DNA from: Cyanobacteriota bacterium
GTDB lineage: Bacteria > Cyanobacteriota > Cyanobacteriia > Cyanobacteriales > Nostocaceae
Direction of reading: 5' to 3'
DNA: 21,856 bases
Assembly: GCA_046045965.1 (NCBI GenBank)
Contig: JBJOKS010000048.1
Location: 1-21,856 of the forward strand
The notes beneath the pieces are model-generated. The model did no database searches and was not told the DNA's origin. It saw only the letters and a list, made by a program, of their open reading frames with translations. How positions within the stretch are numbered: position 1 is the stretch's first letter; every line of letters begins with the position of its first letter. Positions 18,567 through 21,856 of the stretch are shown one piece after another. The translations under genes were made by a program, and so were the position numbers.

Positions 18567-20672
18567 TTACACAGCAGTCAACAAACCATTATGCTTGAGT
18601 AAAGCAGTGGTACTTGGTTCACGACCTCGGAAAGCTTGAAAAACTTCCATTGGATGCTTACTACCACCCATAGCTAACACCGTATCTCGGTAGCGTCTAC
18701 CAGTATTGTGTATTGCTTCCTCATCATCTAAACCAGCTTCTTCAAAAGCTGCAAAAGCATCAGCACTAAGGACTTCCGCCCATTTATAGCTATAGTAACC
18801 AGCCGCATAACCACCTTCAAAAATGTGACCGAAAGCACATAAAAAGGCATCTTCTGGCAACGGTTGTAAAACAGTAGTAGTTTTAGCAATGCGTTGACGT
18901 ACATCTACGGCAGTCTCATCATCACCAGGACGATAGCGGTAATGTAGCTCCAAGTCCACACTGCTGAGGTGAATTTGCCGCAACATCGCCGAACCACTCA
19001 TGTAATTACGTGCTGCTAAAAGCTTTTGATAATAATGTTCTGGTAGTGCTTGACCTGTTTGATAGTGTTTAGCCATACCAAACAAAGTGGGACGGTCATA
19101 ACACCAGTTTTCCATAAATTGGCTAGGTAATTCTACAGCATCCCATTCAACATTATTGATACCTGCTGCTCCCGTATAGTCAACCTGAGTGAGCATATGG
19201 TGTAAACCATGTCCAAACTCGTGGAACAAAGTTTCTACTTCATCAAAAGTCATCAAGCTGGGCTTGTCATCCACTGGGGGAGTTTGGTTACAAATTAAAT
19301 AAGCTACAGGTAAACGGAGGGTAGTAACACCATTTTCTGTAATTTTGCGGCGATGAATGCAAGCATCCATCCAAGCACCACCACGTTTTTCAACAGGTCT
19401 GCTGTAGGGGTCTAGATAAAAGTAAGCAATGGGAGTACCATTTTTATCAGCAATTTGGAAATAACGGACATCCTCATGCCAAACTGGGGCTTGACCATCA
19501 GCCGGGGTGACAGTCACCCCAAACAGCCGTTTAACCAGTCCAAATAGCCCATCTAGGACTTGAGGTAGGGGGAAGTAAGGACGTAGCTCTTCCTCGGTAA
19601 AAGCGAATTTTGTCTCTCTTTGACGTTCTGCCCAAAAGCTGATATCCCAGTGTTGCAAATCTTCTGCTTCTGCGGCTCCTTGAGCTTTAGCAAAAGCTTT
19701 GAGTGCTTCTAAATCTTTAACAGCAGCATCATAACTAGCTTGGCGCAGTTCTTCTAGCAGCTTTTCAACTGCTGAGACATTTTTGGCCATTTTACTAGCT
19801 AAACTGAGTTCGGCAAAATTCTCAAAACCAAGTAACTCTGCCAGTTCTTGCCGTAACTGTAAAATACTTTCAATTAAAGGGTTGTTATTTAATTCCCCAG
19901 AGGACGCACGGGTAATATAAGCTTTATATAATTTTTCCCGCAGATCCCGACGGGTGCTGTGCTGCATAAAGGGAAAATAACTGGGAAAGTCTAATGTGAT
20001 ATGCCAGGGACCATTTTCTGGGGTAGCGTTTTCTTCTCCTGCTGCACGAGCAGCTTGGGCAGCTAAACTGAGTAAGCTGCTGGGTAAACCATTAATTTCT
20101 TCTTTAGTTGTTAAAACTAAGCTAAAGGCTGTGGTAGCATCCAGAAGATGATTAGAAAACTGGGTAGCCAGTTCTGCTAATTGCATTTGAATAACATTAA
20201 AACGCTCTCGTGCTTCTCCTTCCAAACCCACACCAGACAATTTGGCATCTCGTATAGCTGCTTCGACAATACGCTGCTGGGCAGATTCTAAGGTTTCCCA
20301 GGTATCACTGGTGTGGAGGGCTTTAAAAGCCTGGTATAGAGGTTTGCTTTGTCCAAGGGTGTTAATAAACTGCACTACTTGTGGCTGAACCTTTTGATAT
20401 GCTATACGTAAATCAGGGCTATTTTGAACACTCATTAAATGGTTCAGTATACCCCAACTCCAATAAAGCCTTTCTGTCAACTTTTCTAGAGGTTCTACTA
20501 AACCACTCCAGCTAGGTTGTACACTAGCTTCTAATATAGCTAGTTGTTTCTGCAATTCTGTTAACAGATGCTTAAAAGCAGGTTCTACTTGCTCCGGTGT
20601 AATATCTGCAAATTGAGGTAGCCCAACGCCTTGGAGTAGGGGACTTTGAGAAATAGTAGCAGTTGCACTCAT
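18567..20672 (-). CDS. prlC: Oligopeptidase A (M3 family metallopeptidase)
   Basis: FHEFGHGLHH zinc motif, KRGGAWM, WDAVELPSQFMENW, GYAAGYYSYKWAEVLSADAF. Confidence 0.95.
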   Translation of the reverse strand: MSATATISQSPLLQGVGLPQFADITPEQVEPAFKHLLTELQKQLAILEASVQPSWSGLVEPLEKLTERLYWSWGILNHLMSVQNSPDLRIAYQKVQPQVVQFINTLGQSKPLYQAFKALHTSDTWETLESAQQRIVEAAIRDAKLSGVGLEGEARERFNVIQMQLAELATQFSNHLLDATTAFSLVLTTKEEINGLPSSLLSLAAQAARAAGEENATPENGPWHITLDFPSYFPFMQHSTRRDLREKLYKAYITRASSGELNNNPLIESILQLRQELAELLGFENFAELSLASKMAKNVSAVEKLLEELRQASYDAAVKDLEALKAFAKAQGAAEAEDLQHWDISFWAERQRETKFAFTEEELRPYFPLPQVLDGLFGLVKRLFGVTVTPADGQAPVWHEDVRYFQIADKNGTPIAYFYLDPYSRPVEKRGGAWMDACIHRRKITENGVTTLRLPVAYLICNQTPPVDDKPSLMTFDEVETLFHEFGHGLHHMLTQVDYTGAAGINNVEWDAVELPSQFMENWCYDRPTLFGMAKHYQTGQALPEHYYQKLLAARNYMSGSAMLRQIHLSSVDLELHYRYRPGDDETAVDVRQRIAKTTTVLQPLPEDAFLCAFGHIFEGGYAAGYYSYKWAEVLSADAFAAFEEAGLDDEEAIHNTGRRYRDTVLAMGGSKHPMEVFQAFRGREPSTTALLKHNGLLTAV

Positions 20673-20910
20673 GGTTTTATGTTAGTAGCCAATCAATAGA
20701 TGGAACAACAATGACTTTTATTTATATAACTAATAATGTAACGTGACTACACAATTTAGCCTTGCTAGAATGGCATTCTTATCAATTCATAAATATCAGC
20801 CAGAAAGCAGAAGCAAAATTTTAGCATTAAGAGATGAGGCATAGCTGAGTTTTTTGAATGGTTTTACATGGATAATTTACCATGATCAGTGTTTTAGTAT
20901 TTACAGGGTC

Positions 20911-21696
20911 ATGAAAATTCTACTTTCTGTTTTGTTTACACCTATGGTGGTGTTGTTTAGTTCTACCAACGTACTAGGAGCTATCATAACCAGAAATATT
21001 GAATACAAGCAAGGAGATACGGTTTTACAAGGATATTTGGCTTATGATGACGCTATCAAGGGTAAGCGTCCAGGTGTGTTAGTAGTTCATGAATGGAATG
21101 GTTTACAGTCTTATGCGAAAAAAAGGACTGAGCAGTTAGCAAAACTAGGTTATGTTGCTTTTGCGGCTGATATTTATGGTAAAGGCGTAAGGCCGCAAAA
21201 TGCCGAGGAGTCAGGAGCGCAAGCGAAAATTTATCGTGATGATAGAAAATTATTGCGCGATCGCGCCAACGCTGGTCTTAAAGTTTTACAACAGTATCAA
21301 CTTACTGATCCTAAACGCATTGCTGCCATTGGTTACTGTTTTGGTGGTGGTACAGTTTTAGAATTAGCTCGCAGCGGTGCGAATATTGCTGGTGTAGTTA
21401 GTTTTCATGGCAACCTTGACACCCCTAAACCGGAAGATGCTAAAAATATCAAAGCTAAAGTATTAGTTTTGCATGGTGCTGATGATCCTTTTGTACCACA
21501 GCAGCAAGTTCAAGACTTTGAAAATGAAATGCGTCAAGCCAATGTAGACTGGCAATTAATATCCTATGGTGGTGCGGTTCATGCTTTCACCAATCCAGTG
21601 TATAAAGGTGAGATTAAAGGCGCACTTTATGACAAAAAAGCAGATATGCGTTCTTGGCAAGCGATGAGACAATTTTTTGCAGAAATCTTTCGCTAA
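20911..21696 (+). CDS. Dienelactone hydrolase family protein with a predicted signal peptide
   Basis: VVHEWNG, GYCFGG nucleophile elbow, HGADDP, HAFTN; start at ATG 20911 gives a signal-peptide-like MKILLSVLFTPMVVLFSS... Confidence 0.9.
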   Translation: MKILLSVLFTPMVVLFSSTNVLGAIITRNIEYKQGDTVLQGYLAYDDAIKGKRPGVLVVHEWNGLQSYAKKRTEQLAKLGYVAFAADIYGKGVRPQNAEESGAQAKIYRDDRKLLRDRANAGLKVLQQYQLTDPKRIAAIGYCFGGGTVLELARSGANIAGVVSFHGNLDTPKPEDAKNIKAKVLVLHGADDPFVPQQQVQDFENEMRQANVDWQLISYGGAVHAFTNPVYKGEIKGALYDKKADMRSWQAMRQFFAEIFR

Positions 21697-21856
21697 ACAT
21701 CGCAGAGTCGTAAAAGCGTTTGATTACGCCAAAAATAAACAATTGAGTGAGTCTATGTAAAGTGCTGTATTAACTCTGGTAACTATCTTTACATAGATTT
21801 TTCTATATTTGTAATGTAAAAATACCAGCTAACGCCTCACTTCAAAACCACGCAAC

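Noticed and set aside
20737..20751. TGTA-ACGTGAC-TACA as an NtcA site between prlC and the hydrolase
   Set aside because: Spacer is N7, not N8

Overview
A mostly core-genome segment from a filamentous cyanobacterium, very likely Nostocales (Anabaena/Sphaerospermopsis-like). This is inferred from about 15 HIP1 octamers (GCGATCGC), dense heptamer STRR arrays in most spacers and the photosynthesis genes. Gene order: sdhB(+), two small TolB/PD40-type lipoproteins(-), ycf66(-), psbX(-), ycf19/yggT(+), accC(-), tRNA-Leu(GAG)(+), a ~480 bp spacer resembling an integration-site relic, a WD40 protein with a large unnamed N-terminal region(-), cysA(-), a YidD-like protein with a Cys-rich tail(-), chlP(+), a vapBC-like toxin-antitoxin pair(-), a ~600 bp gene-free spacer with a perfect HLR1 (RpaB) box, cobS(-), a conserved hypothetical(+), tgt(+), psbK(+), 2Fe-2S ferredoxin(+), psbM(+), tandem USP(-), oligopeptidase A(-) and a dienelactone hydrolase-family protein(+). 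psbX, psbK, psbM and the tRNA are absent from the ORF track and were read directly from the sequence. I see no CRISPR array, intact transposase or integrase. The best leads are the tRNA-Leu-adjacent att-like relic with its WD40 cargo, the orphan HLR1 region, the Cys-rich YidD-like gene ahead of a lone cysA, and the paired half-propeller lipoproteins. All of these are hypotheses, not demonstrated systems.
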